Source: a virus. From it: DNA of 57,696 bases. The notes beneath the pieces are model-generated. The model was not told the DNA's origin and did not search any database. It was given only the letters and a program-made list of their open reading frames with translations. Shown here one piece after another: positions 26,623 through 36,050 of this stretch (position 1 is its first letter; each line of letters opens with the position of its first letter). A program made the position numbers and the translations under genes. The stretch spans positions 1 to 57,696 of IMG/VR virus record IMGVR_UViG_3300043493_000066. The stretch is one strand, 5' to 3'.

Positions 26623-27129
26623 TCACAAAGGTATTCCGCGGCGCTTCAAGACAGGGATCAGCGCCTGTTCGGCGCGATCCGCCAGGATGTCTGCCTGGAC
26701 GAGCGACAGGTGCTCGAGCTTCTTCATCCGGAACACGCGCACCGCGAATCCAGCGTCACGGCTCACGCCCTCGTTCAGGTAGCGCGCCCGCAGCGCCGCG
26801 CGCATCAGCTCGCCGTCCGGGAGCTCCATCAGGTCGTCGATCGAGGTGTCGATGATGTCGCGCGCCCAGCGATCGAGTCGCTCGTCGTAGTCCTGGCCGG
26901 TCGCATAGCCGTCGATCGTCCCGCGGATGCTGTCCAGGTACGGAACCCCCTCAGGCGCGCCGAGGTGCAGCCGGGTGGACATTTCATTGCGCGCCCACAT
27001 GACCAGGTATTCACGCAGGCGTTCGAGCTCGGCTTGCTCCTTTGTTCTCTCCGGCATGCCCTCCTCTGCCAGCCGGCGCAGGCGATCCCGCCCTTCGGCA
27101 CGCCGCTGCGTCATCGCCTCCTGTTCCAT
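26623..27129 (-). CDS. Putative late-gene regulator (antiterminator Q-like by position, 168 aa)
   Basis: Last gene of the early operon, followed by a promoter, short leader and terminator and then lysis genes. Sequence similarity to Q families is not established. Confidence 0.4.
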   Translation of the reverse strand: MEQEAMTQRRAEGRDRLRRLAEEGMPERTKEQAELERLREYLVMWARNEMSTRLHLGAPEGVPYLDSIRGTIDGYATGQDYDERLDRWARDIIDTSIDDLMELPDGELMRAALRARYLNEGVSRDAGFAVRVFRMKKLEHLSLVQADILADRAEQALIPVLKRRGIPL

Positions 27130-27160
27130 GTGGAACCTCGTTTCTTCTTATTCGAAGGCG

Positions 27161-27646
27161 CTACGGCCACGTCGCCGCTTCCTCGATCGCTGCGAAGATC
27201 GGCGCCGGCGGTGGAATGAACTCGTAGATCTCGATGATCAGCCCGCCCTTGCCCTGGGGCTCGCCGTACTCGATCGGCCCCTTGATTCTCTTGATCTGCG
27301 CGTCGTCGACGTAGGCGACGCCGTTCAGCGCATCGAATGTCACCTTCAGCGCGTTGTCGATGTTGATGACGACTCCGTTCTTCACCTCGACCATCACGCC
27401 GCTGCGCGGATCCTTGCGCTCGCGCGTCGCCGGCGGCACGAGCAGGATCGATCCGATCTCGACCGGCTTCGTCGACGGCTCCTTCAGGCCGGCTGCCCTC
27501 GCGGTCCAGCCGACGAGCGACTTGTAGGCGAGCGCCTCGTCCGAGACGGCGACGATCGCCGAATAGTGGTTCTGACCCTTGCGCCGTACAGCGAAGCTGC
27601 GCCAGTAGCGATTCGCGCTCACCGGGTATGGAAGGACGAGCTTCAT
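27161..27646 (-). CDS. rusA: RusA-family Holliday junction resolvase (161 aa)
   Basis: MKLVLPYPVSANRYWR... motif. Start set at ATG 27646. Confidence 0.85.
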   Translation of the reverse strand: MKLVLPYPVSANRYWRSFAVRRKGQNHYSAIVAVSDEALAYKSLVGWTARAAGLKEPSTKPVEIGSILLVPPATRERKDPRSGVMVEVKNGVVINIDNALKVTFDALNGVAYVDDAQIKRIKGPIEYGEPQGKGGLIIEIYEFIPPPAPIFAAIEEAATWP

Positions 27647-27795
27647 GCCGTGACGACCCAGGTGAAATCGCAAGCCACGCAGAACGCGCGCGCGCAGAAC
27701 AGATCCGGGAATTCATACTCGGCCGGCGGTTGCTTGCCAGCTGGAACGCGCACCAGGAAGGCGCCGCTCCTGCAGACGGTGATGAAGACCCTCAC
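27643..27795 (-). CDS. Possible 50-aa Cys-containing protein
   Basis: Hand translation: VRVFITVCRSG...FCARAFCVACDFTWVVTA. GTGA overlap with the ninB stop and ATGA overlap with the rusA start. Confidence 0.4.
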   Translation of the reverse strand: MRVFITVCRSGAFLVRVPAGKQPPAEYEFPDLFCARAFCVACDFTWVVTA

Positions 27796-28205
27796 GCCGC
27801 GTGCCTCTCTCGAGGATCGCTCAGCTGGATCCCGTGGTCGGCCGCCCAGGCCTCGATCTCGAGGCGGTACTCGTCGAACTGCGATGTGTCGAGCGTCGTC
27901 GTGGAGATCGGGCGGTTGAACACCTCGCCGTTCGGCAGCAGCACCTCTTCCTTGCCGATGAACTTCGCCTTGAAGTACTCGTGGTACGACTCGGCGGCGA
28001 AGCGCTTGCCCTCGACGGGCTGCGCGGAGATCTCGTGCAGGATCGCCCAGTAGCGCCGGTTCTGCTCGAGCGTGCGCGGCTTGCGGTACGGCCGCAGCAC
28101 GAGCTCCCAGTCGTCGCCCGCCTCGACCTGCACCATGCCGAGAATGGCGAGCGCGCGCTCCAGCTTCTCGCCGGAGTTGCCGATGTACCAGGAGCGCGCG
28201 TGCAT
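27792..28205 (-). CDS. ninB: NinB/Orf-family recombination mediator (137 aa)
   Basis: PRTLEQNRRYWAILHEIS motif. Confidence 0.75.
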   Translation of the reverse strand: MHARSWYIGNSGEKLERALAILGMVQVEAGDDWELVLRPYRKPRTLEQNRRYWAILHEISAQPVEGKRFAAESYHEYFKAKFIGKEEVLLPNGEVFNRPISTTTLDTSQFDEYRLEIEAWAADHGIQLSDPRERHAA

Positions 28206-28273
28206 CGCTCAGTGCTTCTGCGGAAAAGGCCAGCCGGCCGATGGATCGTAGGTCGTCATCACCCGCTGGCCCG

Positions 28274-28582
28274 CTACTCCCCCACTTCGTCGAACAGGAG
28301 CGCGAGCTGCGTGCACTCCCGCTTCTTCTCCTGGAAGTTCTCGCCGGCGCGCGCCACGACGAACCGGCGCACGACCGAGGCGAGCAGCCCCGAGTCCTCC
28401 GCCGTCTTCTTGATCGCGTTCGAGAAATCCTCCGAGGCCTCGTCGGCCTTGGTCTTCAGCCGCACGAGCTCGTCGATCCGCTCGTCGACGATTTGCGGCC
28501 GCTCGACCTGCTCCTGCTTGTCCGCGCCCTTACGCCCGCGCGGGGTCTTGTCGCTCTGCGTTCCTGGTGCCGTGCCACCCAT
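28274..28582 (-). CDS. Hypothetical protein (102 aa)
   Basis: ORF track. GAGGAGAA lies before the ATG. Confidence 0.6.
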   Translation of the reverse strand: MGGTAPGTQSDKTPRGRKGADKQEQVERPQIVDERIDELVRLKTKADEASEDFSNAIKKTAEDSGLLASVVRRFVVARAGENFQEKKRECTQLALLFDEVGE

Positions 28583-28612
28583 GATCGTTTCTCCTCGTTT
28601 AAACGCTGCTGT

Positions 28613-29131
28613 TTACGCTGCTGCCGTGGCCCACAACGGGACCGGGTTGGTGTGTCGATTGGGATCCGGTGAGTAACCGACCCGCACGATCACGCCCTCA
28701 CGCGCGGCGCGCTGGATAGGCGCCCCCCACGCTTTGGGATTCGATGGCTGCACGACGCCGGCGGCGATCGACGCCTGCACGATGTCGTGGCCGATGTACT
28801 GCTGCCCGCGATGCGCGATCGCGTAGCTCCTGATGAACTCGAACGCAGTGGTCGACCAGCCGGAGATCTCGCGATCGGCGCCGGCGGCCGCCTGGTCGAT
28901 GCCGGCCTGCGCCGCGCGCCTCGCGATCGCCGCGGCATTGAGCGAGACAAACTGCGTGGGGTTGAAGTCGCAGGCCTGCCGTTGCGAGTACAGCTTCCAC
29001 CGCGGACCGAAAGAGCAGCGGACGAACGAGCCGACGGTTATCGTGCCGTTCGCGCAGGATCCGCACGTCTGGGTCGAGCTCGCGGCCGCTGGCGCCGGCG
29101 TCTCATCTGAGAAGAGATCCCGCGCGCTCAC
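28613..29131 (-). CDS. Hypothetical protein (172 aa)
   Basis: ORF track. N-terminal Cys cluster CGSC...C...C. Confidence 0.6.
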   Translation of the reverse strand: MSARDLFSDETPAPAAASSTQTCGSCANGTITVGSFVRCSFGPRWKLYSQRQACDFNPTQFVSLNAAAIARRAAQAGIDQAAAGADREISGWSTTAFEFIRSYAIAHRGQQYIGHDIVQASIAAGVVQPSNPKAWGAPIQRAAREGVIVRVGYSPDPNRHTNPVPLWATAAA

Positions 29132-29724
29132 AGCGCCTTCTCGAGCAGCGGCATCGACTTGACTGCGATCGCGCGAAGGCGCTTGTCCATCGCATCGCCT
29201 TCGCGGTGATGCGGCAGCAATCGCTGCGCGGCGTCTGCGCTGATGCGCCCCTTCTCCGCGGCCTCGAGGATCGCGATCTCGCGCGCGTTCTTGTCCGTGC
29301 CCGGGCTGATCTCCCAGGTCACCGGTTCGCGCGCATCACGCGCCTGCTGCACCAGGATGCGATAGCGCTCGATGAACGCCATGCGGGCAGGAACCTCGTC
29401 GCCGTGCTCGAGCAACGCGCGCGCCGCGCCGTACGCCATGCGCATTTCAGGCGTCCAGAACGTCGTGGCGGCTTCGTCACGCGGGATCATCGACCAGGCT
29501 TCCTCGGGCCCGGGCCGGCCGTCGTCAATCCGCGAGAGCACGTCGGCGAGCGTGAGCCTGCTCTTCAGCTCGCGACAGCAACGCTTGAGCGCGCCGAGGA
29601 CCTGGTCCTCCGGATACGCGGCTAGATCTGCGAGCATCGCCTTGACGGCGCCGTCCGACAGCTGCGTGTTCGTGAGCTCGAGCGTGACGCCGATCGCCTT
29701 GATCAGGTTCGCGCTCGCCTTCAT
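29128..29724 (-). CDS. Replication-associated protein, possibly helicase-loader-like (198 aa)
   Basis: Weak resemblance to G39P-type loader proteins (AVKAMLADLAAYPEDQVLGALKRC), and position after the DUF1376 gene. Confidence 0.35.
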   Translation of the reverse strand: MKASANLIKAIGVTLELTNTQLSDGAVKAMLADLAAYPEDQVLGALKRCCRELKSRLTLADVLSRIDDGRPGPEEAWSMIPRDEAATTFWTPEMRMAYGAARALLEHGDEVPARMAFIERYRILVQQARDAREPVTWEISPGTDKNAREIAILEAAEKGRISADAAQRLLPHHREGDAMDKRLRAIAVKSMPLLEKAL

Positions 29725-29921
29725 GCCTCAACCTTCCGAAGCAGCAGCCCCTTCGAGTCCAGATCGCCGGCGGCCATCACCGCGGCCGTGTGGCACGCGC
29801 GAAAATATCCCGGGTCGACCAGGCCACCGGACGAGCTCGCGAGACGTTCGGCGCGCCGGCTCAGGTCCTGGAGCTGCTCGATCAGTTCCGTGAGCTCCGT
29901 TGCAACCGCGTTCCGGCTCAT
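29721..29921 (-). CDS. Hypothetical protein (66 aa)
   Basis: ORF track. Has 4-nt overlaps on both sides. Confidence 0.5.
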   Translation of the reverse strand: MSRNAVATELTELIEQLQDLSRRAERLASSSGGLVDPGYFRACHTAAVMAAGDLDSKGLLLRKVEA

Positions 29922-30829
29922 GCGGTCCGCCTCGACTCAGCCAGCAGCCGCTCGACCTGGTCACCGGTGGTTGCCGTGCGATCCGCCTGGCGGGCCGAGG
30001 TCTCGGTGACCTTGGACCCGGTCGCCCACTCGGTGCGCAGGCCCTCGGCGTCGCGCAGCAGCAGGTCGACGCAATGCCGGGCGGAGTTGTAGAGCTGCTT
30101 GTTGTGCCCGACGTAGAACGCGGCTACCGCCGGCGCCTCGTCGTGGGGAACCCGGCCGACGAAGTGGGCGAGCATCCCGTTGACCTTGGCATTCCGCAGC
30201 GGCTCCACGCCGTAGCGCTGACGGTAGGCGGCGCTGTAGGCCTGCCACGTTTCGGCCGCGGCCCGGCGCGCAGCGTCGGAAAGGGTTTGGGGTTTGCTTT
30301 TCTGTCCCTGTCCCTCTCCATATCCCTTTCCCTTTCCCTCTCCCTGTCCCTTGGAGCCTGTTACATCCGCCAGCAGTGCCTGTAACTGCTCCTGTAACAG
30401 CCTCCGTTCCTCGTCTGTGGTTGCCTTCTCGATCTTCTTGCGGATGGCGGCGACGCGCGCGGCATGCGTGCGTGCCCGTTGCTCGAGCTTTCCCTTCCAG
30501 GCCTCGATCGCCTTCTCCGCGACGACCGGGTGATACAGCCGCCCATCCGAGCAGCGCACCCAGCCGCGCAGCGCGTGGTCGCGCATCTTCGGCCAGCGCG
30601 TGCCGGCCTGCGACAGGTGGGCGAGCACGCGATCGTTGTCGGGCAGGCTTGCCGCCGGCACCTGGTGCCAGCTCTCGCACCAGAGCGCGAGCGCGGCGAG
30701 CTTCTCCTCGGGCTTGCCGAGCAGCCACGTCTCCGAGGTGAAGAGCCGCCGGAACTCGAGCGGGATGAAGCCGAAGTTGCGGAGATCGCACTCCGGCGGG
30801 ACGAGCGGGATCGGCAGAACTTCCGTCAT
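29918..30829 (-). CDS. DUF1376 (YdaU-like) replication-module protein (303 aa)
   Basis: Start MTEVLPIPL at ATG 30829 (ATGA overlap). FGFIPLEFRRLFTSETW...EEKLAALALWCESWHQVPAASLPDND. G/K/E/Q low-complexity linker. Confidence 0.7.
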   Translation of the reverse strand: MTEVLPIPLVPPECDLRNFGFIPLEFRRLFTSETWLLGKPEEKLAALALWCESWHQVPAASLPDNDRVLAHLSQAGTRWPKMRDHALRGWVRCSDGRLYHPVVAEKAIEAWKGKLEQRARTHAARVAAIRKKIEKATTDEERRLLQEQLQALLADVTGSKGQGEGKGKGYGEGQGQKSKPQTLSDAARRAAAETWQAYSAAYRQRYGVEPLRNAKVNGMLAHFVGRVPHDEAPAVAAFYVGHNKQLYNSARHCVDLLLRDAEGLRTEWATGSKVTETSARQADRTATTGDQVERLLAESRRTA

Positions 30830-32769
30830 GCGACCAACCTCAGCGGGGTTCGCTCTTCGTTCGCGGCCGGCCTCACGCGCTCGAGCAGCAACCACTCGGG
30901 CGGGACGGCTCGCAGGAATTTCGGTGCCTTCCAGTAGCGGCGCGCGCAGGCCTTCACCTGCCGCCGGCTGTAGCGAGCTCCCAGGTGCGAGCGCCGCAGA
31001 CGCAGCTCACCGCGGTGATGCCAGTTCTGGATCGTCGACGTCGAGACGCCGGCGAGCGCGGCCGCGGGCCCGAGGAAGATCCAGGCGTCGGTGAAGTTCT
31101 CGTGCTTGATCGGCTTACGCTTGACCCTACGCAGCCGCTCGAGCATCGGCGCCGTGATGTAGACGCGGCGTCCATCCCACTTCGCGCGCTGCACGCGGAT
31201 CGTGCCGTCCAGGATCCGCTCCTTGATCCAGGAGCGCGTCGTCCGAACGGCTGCAGCCGCTTCCTCGATCGTGTAGCCCTCGCGCGACTCGATGCGCTTG
31301 ATGACCGCGTTCACGGTGTCGAGCGGAATGCCGCTAGCCCCCCGCCAGTTCACGCCCTCGAGTAGCTTGCGAAATCTCGCCACAGTGACGCGCGCGCGCC
31401 GCGCGCCCTCCTGCAACGAGTAGCCGAGCTTCTGCCGCAGCATCGCCACCTGGTTGCGCAGGACGTACGTGATCCCGCGCATCGGCCCGTTCGTTCCGAG
31501 CTTCGAGCGCAGCGCGCCGTCCTTGATATACCCGAGCAGCTCGACGCGTTTGAACTCGTGCATTTGGCACGCGGCCGCCACCGACAGCCACGACTTCTGA
31601 TCGCCACCGCCTGGACACCGGCGCGCCTTCCAGCGTGTCGCATCGGTCCGCGTCACGTACCAGGTGACACCGACGCGCGTCGCCGGCAGCGTGCCGTTCA
31701 TGATGGCGAGCCGTACGCCGCCCCAGCTGCGGCTGCAGAGCTTCGCGACTTCCTTCATCGTGAGGCCCGGGCTCCACTTGCGCGTCAAGTGACGCTTCGC
31801 GCCGTGCGCGAGCGGCGGGTATCGCACCGCGTAGTCGTCGTACGTCCGCGGCGCTCCCTCCGGGCCCCAGATCTGCGCGCACGTCTTGCACGAGGTCGGA
31901 TGCCGGCGCTCCTCGAGCAGCTTCCAGGTCACCTGCAGATTGCCGGGCTCGGGCTTCCCCCACCAGGGCATCGGCTTGCCGAGGCGCCGATCGCGAACCA
32001 GCTGCGCCGCCACGGCTCGATCGACGTACCAGCTGCCGAACTTCGTATTTTTCGCACGCGTGCCGTACGGATTGCAGCGCAGTGCCGTCGGCATGTAGCC
32101 CATGCGCGCCCACTCCGAGAGCTTGTCGCTGCGGATCCCGAGCGGCTTCTTCAGCGTGCTCAGCTGGACGTAACCCTTCGGCGGGAAGACCCGCGACGCC
32201 TTCCACGCGCTCCATGCAGCGTGAGGGATGATCCACATCTTCCCGATGCGAAATGCACGGAGCTCGCGGCGCTCGATCGCCTGCCATGCGATCGCGTAGG
32301 AGCCGATCTCCCGGCCGGCCTTGGCGAGCGTGATTCCACCGCAGACATCGGAATGCAGGAGTCCTAGCTTGTGCTGCATCGCTATCAACACGCCCCAGCG
32401 CGTTCGCTTCGCGCGACGGTCGCCGGTCTTCTCGCGCAGCCGCTTCGTCAGGATCTTCGCGATCGCGTCCGTCGAAAAGCGGCCGACCAGCGTCGCAAGG
32501 AATGCGAGCTCCGGCGCCTGCCATTCGTAGCCGCTTGCGGTTCCTGACCTGCGCGGCAGCGGCCACTCGTCATCGCGCGGCGCTCGGCCCTGCCACAACG
32601 AGAAGAGCTCCGCGAAGTGCTTAATCTTCCCGAGCCTGGTGCATGCTCGCGTTCGGCGCACGCGATCGATCTCGTGGCTCGACTTACCGAGCACCGCGGC
32701 CAGGTCGTAGAGCCAGGCGCGCCAGCCGTGCGCGAGGACGAAACGCTCCCAGTCGAGCGAGCGGCTCAC
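30826..32769 (-). CDS. Protein built of ~6-7 tandem excisionase/MerR-type winged-HTH repeats (647 aa)
   Basis: GTG 32769 (GTGA overlap). Repeats such as LTMKEVAKLCSRSWGGVRLAIMNGTLPATRVGVTWYVTRTDATRWK recur along the protein. Confidence 0.6.
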   Translation of the reverse strand: MSRSLDWERFVLAHGWRAWLYDLAAVLGKSSHEIDRVRRTRACTRLGKIKHFAELFSLWQGRAPRDDEWPLPRRSGTASGYEWQAPELAFLATLVGRFSTDAIAKILTKRLREKTGDRRAKRTRWGVLIAMQHKLGLLHSDVCGGITLAKAGREIGSYAIAWQAIERRELRAFRIGKMWIIPHAAWSAWKASRVFPPKGYVQLSTLKKPLGIRSDKLSEWARMGYMPTALRCNPYGTRAKNTKFGSWYVDRAVAAQLVRDRRLGKPMPWWGKPEPGNLQVTWKLLEERRHPTSCKTCAQIWGPEGAPRTYDDYAVRYPPLAHGAKRHLTRKWSPGLTMKEVAKLCSRSWGGVRLAIMNGTLPATRVGVTWYVTRTDATRWKARRCPGGGDQKSWLSVAAACQMHEFKRVELLGYIKDGALRSKLGTNGPMRGITYVLRNQVAMLRQKLGYSLQEGARRARVTVARFRKLLEGVNWRGASGIPLDTVNAVIKRIESREGYTIEEAAAAVRTTRSWIKERILDGTIRVQRAKWDGRRVYITAPMLERLRRVKRKPIKHENFTDAWIFLGPAAALAGVSTSTIQNWHHRGELRLRRSHLGARYSRRQVKACARRYWKAPKFLRAVPPEWLLLERVRPAANEERTPLRLVA

Positions 32770-33152
32770 GGGACAACGATCCTCCGCTCCCACGGCGCCG
32801 GATCCGGCACGCCGTGCATCACGACGAACGCGTGGATCGCGCCCTCGGCATTGAGCGACGGCTGCAGCGCCCACACGCCAGGCGCGATGCGATCGGCGCC
32901 GAAGGCCTGCAGGCAGCCCTCTTCGTCCAGCCGCATGCGCTCCTCGATCGGGATCGGGAACGGTGCGAACTCAGGACCGAGGAGCAGCACGGTTACGCCG
33001 CCGGCGACGCCGCACACGAGCTCGTCCTCCCCGAGCGGCACCGCCGGGATCTCCTTCCAGCGGAAGAAGAGCTGGCAGATAGGCAGGCTCGGGTCACCAA
33101 ACTCTCGAGCGGCGTTTGCGCACCAGGCGGAGACCTGCGCGGCGGTCTTCAC
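32766..33152 (-). CDS. Distant DUF6527-like paralog d (128 aa)
   Basis: GTGA overlap. C-terminal LQPSLNAEGAIHAFVVMHGV parallels HPSINYEGRYHGYLKSGV. Confidence 0.45.
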   Translation of the reverse strand: MKTAAQVSAWCANAAREFGDPSLPICQLFFRWKEIPAVPLGEDELVCGVAGGVTVLLLGPEFAPFPIPIEERMRLDEEGCLQAFGADRIAPGVWALQPSLNAEGAIHAFVVMHGVPDPAPWERRIVVP

Positions 33153-34093
33153 GCGCGCGTCTCGAGCTCGTCCTGCAGCGCTCGCGCGCCGGAGAGCATC
33201 TGCTGCGACGAAAGGCCGGCGACGGCGCCGAGCAGTGCCACGACCGGATCGGTGAGCGCGCGCAGCCGCGGCGTCGGCGTCTCGCGCATCGCGCGGTCCC
33301 ACTGGCTGAAGCTCGTGGGCAGCTTCGGCTTGCTCGCCTTCGCCTTTGGCGCCACGCGTTTCAACTCCCGGGCCATAGGCATGCGCACCTTCTCGACGCC
33401 TCGGCGGCTGAAGCAGAAAAACTCGCCTGGCGCCAGCGCGGCCAGATCGTTGAACTCGATCCTCGAGGAGCGGAACTGCGGCGCGAGCGCGGCCCAGGCT
33501 GTCGGATCCTCCTGGCAGCCGATCAGCGACAGGTTCTTGTTCGCGAAGATCGATCGATGCAGCGAGCCGGTGAAGCGCGTCGCGGTCAGGAACAGATCCA
33601 GCGCGCGCTTGCGGCCGCGCTCGGCGAACTGGTTGACGATGTCGGCCGCCTCGCCGATGTCGCCCTTCCTCTTCTTCGGCGCGCTGAACACCTGGCCCTC
33701 GTCGATCATGACGAAGATCGGTTTGCGATGCCGGTCTGCGGCCTCGAGGATCGCGCGGCCGTACGGGATGAACTCGCCGGCATCCTCGGCCGACACGACC
33801 AGGAACGGCTTGTCGCGCTTCTGCAGGCGCTCGCGCAGCGCATCGACGCTGGCGACCGCGGGCCCGTACATCGACGCGATCTCGCCCTCGGGGTCGACCA
33901 GGACGCAGACCCAGCCCTGCTCCGCGAGCTGCTCGGCGATCAAGAGGCCCGCGTTCGTCTTGCCGATCCCGCTCGGGCCCACCGTGACGATCCGCAGGCC
34001 AGTCGTCGCGTACTCCGAAAGATCGATCGCCACGCTGCCCAGGTCGAGCACCGCGCCCAGGAGCACGTCCCGCTGGATGACGGCGCGCGTCAC
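33149..34093 (-). CDS. P-loop NTPase, HerA/FtsK-like (314 aa)
   Basis: Walker A VGPSGIGKTN and Walker B IFVMIDEGQ. Confidence 0.7.
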   Translation of the reverse strand: MTRAVIQRDVLLGAVLDLGSVAIDLSEYATTGLRIVTVGPSGIGKTNAGLLIAEQLAEQGWVCVLVDPEGEIASMYGPAVASVDALRERLQKRDKPFLVVSAEDAGEFIPYGRAILEAADRHRKPIFVMIDEGQVFSAPKKRKGDIGEAADIVNQFAERGRKRALDLFLTATRFTGSLHRSIFANKNLSLIGCQEDPTAWAALAPQFRSSRIEFNDLAALAPGEFFCFSRRGVEKVRMPMARELKRVAPKAKASKPKLPTSFSQWDRAMRETPTPRLRALTDPVVALLGAVAGLSSQQMLSGARALQDELETRA

Positions 34094-34488
34094 TCGTCGC
34101 TCTCCTTCGCGCGCAGCAGCACGTCGTGTAAACGCAGGACCTGCTGGGAGCTCAAGGAAAAGACGACCGCGAAGTCGTCGATCACCTGCTTCGTGATCGC
34201 CTCGAGCGTGCCCTTGCCCCGCGCGATCGCGACGAGCTTGCGCAGGCTCGACCAGTCATGACCGCCGGCCGGCATGACCTGCGAGTCGCCGATCTCCGAG
34301 TAGAGCTGCTCCATCGTGTGCGGTGTCTCTTCTGGCCCGAGGTCGGATGCCAGGCGCTCATTCAAGACGTCGAGCAGCTGCTGCGCCGGCATGTAGCCAT
34401 GCACCTTTCGGATCAGAGACTTCTCCGCCGGCGTGAACGCGCGCGGGACTTCGCGCAGCAGCCGGACGGTTCTGAGCGTCGCGTTCAC
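34090..34488 (-). CDS. Hypothetical protein (132 aa)
   Basis: ORF track. Has 4-nt overlaps on both sides. Confidence 0.6.
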   Translation of the reverse strand: MNATLRTVRLLREVPRAFTPAEKSLIRKVHGYMPAQQLLDVLNERLASDLGPEETPHTMEQLYSEIGDSQVMPAGGHDWSSLRKLVAIARGKGTLEAITKQVIDDFAVVFSLSSQQVLRLHDVLLRAKESDE

Positions 34489-36050
34489 TTGCTCTTCTTC
34501 TGCTTCGCGGCCGCGCGTGCCAGCGCCGCCGCCTTCTTCCGCTCTTGGATGATCAGCTCGCGCGTCTTGCCCTCGCTGATGCCGAAGAGCTTCAGGACGC
34601 CATCGCGGGAGTACGGGCTGACGGCGAAGATCAGGTGGAACGCGAAGAGAACGAGATCTCGCTCGCTCAGCTTCGCCACCTGCGCCGGCAGCTTGGAGCC
34701 GTAGCCGCGGCTCGAGAACGCGTTCTTCGGCCAGCCCCAGGCCTTCGCCACTGCGTCGTCATTGCGCAGGCTGCCGAGGTGCTCGTACATTTCCTTCACC
34801 AGGTCGACGAGCCACTTCCGGCTGAACTGCTTCGGCGCGTTCTTGTGGATCAGCTCCGCGAGCCGGTCGGTGAGCATTTCGTCGACGTCGGGGCCTTTCG
34901 GCGCTCTCGACTTGGCGGCCGCGCGCGCGCGAACGGTCGCGCCGGGCTGCTGCGACGCCTTCGCAACAGCCTGCTGCGTGGCGATCTCGTGGATCTTGCC
35001 GCTCTGCGGGTGCTGCACGAGCATCGGCTCGTAGTCGGCGCTGAGCAGATCCTTGACCTTGCAGTCGCGGCCGCTCGCATAGGTGGTGTCGTTCAGCGCG
35101 ACGTAACCGCCGGCGAGGCTCGTGCTGCCGTTCTTCCAATGCGGGAACACCTTCTTCGCCGCGTCGCCGTGCACGACCTTCTTGCCCTTCGCCTCGAGGC
35201 GCTTGCGATCGCCGGCGTAGTGCGCCTGGCGCTTGTCGTCGAAGCACTTCGGGTCAGTGCAGACGTCTCCACTCTTCACGTCGCCGAAGAGCTCGCGCTG
35301 GTTGCCGGTGCGCTTCGGACAGGCCTGGCAGGATCCGGCCTTCGGGAGGAGCGCCGCATCGTTGATGTCGAATGGCGCCTCCTTCAGCCGGAGCATGTAC
35401 TCGTTCTGGATGTGCTCGAGCGCCTCGCGGTACGACATCGGCCCTTCGTAGCCGTTGTCCTGCGTGATGTCCTTCAGCGCCTGGCGCTGCGTATCGTGGT
35501 GACCGATGCGCGCGACCAGGAGCGCGCGCGATGCATCGAGCGTGCCGGCGTAGAACGCCTTCCTCGCCTCCGGGCAGAGCGCGAGCAGCTTCGTGCGTTT
35601 AAACACGTAGCTGCGGCTGCGACCGACCATGTCCGCCACAGCGTCGGCCGAGATCTTCTTCAGCTTCATCAGCTCTTCGTAGCCCTCGGCCTCCTCGAGC
35701 TCGTGCAGGCCTTCGCGCTGCAGGTTCTCGATCAGCTGCACCTCGAGCACCTGCTCATCGGAGAGATCCGCGACGCTAGCCGGGATCTCGGCGAGGCCGG
35801 CGATCTTGGCCGCGAGCCATCGCCGTTCGCCGGCGACGAGTTCGTGGCGATCCGGTCCGCGCGGCCGCACGACGATCGGCTGGAGTACTCCGACCTGGCG
35901 GATGCTGGAGGCGAGCTCCTCGAGCAGCTTCTTGTCGAAGCGCTCGCGACGAAGCTCCTGGATGTGGGTCTTGCTGGGCGCGATCGCCGCGATCGCGATG
36001 AACTTGCTCACCGGCGCAGCGAGCGCCGCCATGCTTGCGGGTGCGTTCAT
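34485..36050 (-). CDS. ParB/Srx N-terminal domain protein (521 aa)
   Basis: GVLQPIVVRP....ELVAGERRWLAAKIAG..EIPA and LIENLQREGL. Central Cys cluster CQACPKRTGNQ...CTDPKC. Confidence 0.8.
   Translation of the reverse strand: MNAPASMAALAAPVSKFIAIAAIAPSKTHIQELRRERFDKKLLEELASSIRQVGVLQPIVVRPRGPDRHELVAGERRWLAAKIAGLAEIPASVADLSDEQVLEVQLIENLQREGLHELEEAEGYEELMKLKKISADAVADMVGRSRSYVFKRTKLLALCPEARKAFYAGTLDASRALLVARIGHHDTQRQALKDITQDNGYEGPMSYREALEHIQNEYMLRLKEAPFDINDAALLPKAGSCQACPKRTGNQRELFGDVKSGDVCTDPKCFDDKRQAHYAGDRKRLEAKGKKVVHGDAAKKVFPHWKNGSTSLAGGYVALNDTTYASGRDCKVKDLLSADYEPMLVQHPQSGKIHEIATQQAVAKASQQPGATVRARAAAKSRAPKGPDVDEMLTDRLAELIHKNAPKQFSRKWLVDLVKEMYEHLGSLRNDDAVAKAWGWPKNAFSSRGYGSKLPAQVAKLSERDLVLFAFHLIFAVSPYSRDGVLKLFGISEGKTRELIIQERKKAAALARAAAKQKKSK

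Noticed and set aside
30297-30355. A pyrimidine-rich repetitive tract, considered as a CRISPR array or tandem repeat. It contains mirror arms TCCCTGTCCCTCTCC (30305-30319) and CCTCTCCCTGTCCCT (30337-30351).
   Set aside because: It encodes the G/K/E/Q low-complexity linker (GSKGQGEGKGKGYGEGQGQKSK) of the DUF1376 protein on the minus strand. There is no repeat-spacer structure. The purine interruptions make a stable triplex doubtful, although an origin-related role cannot be excluded.
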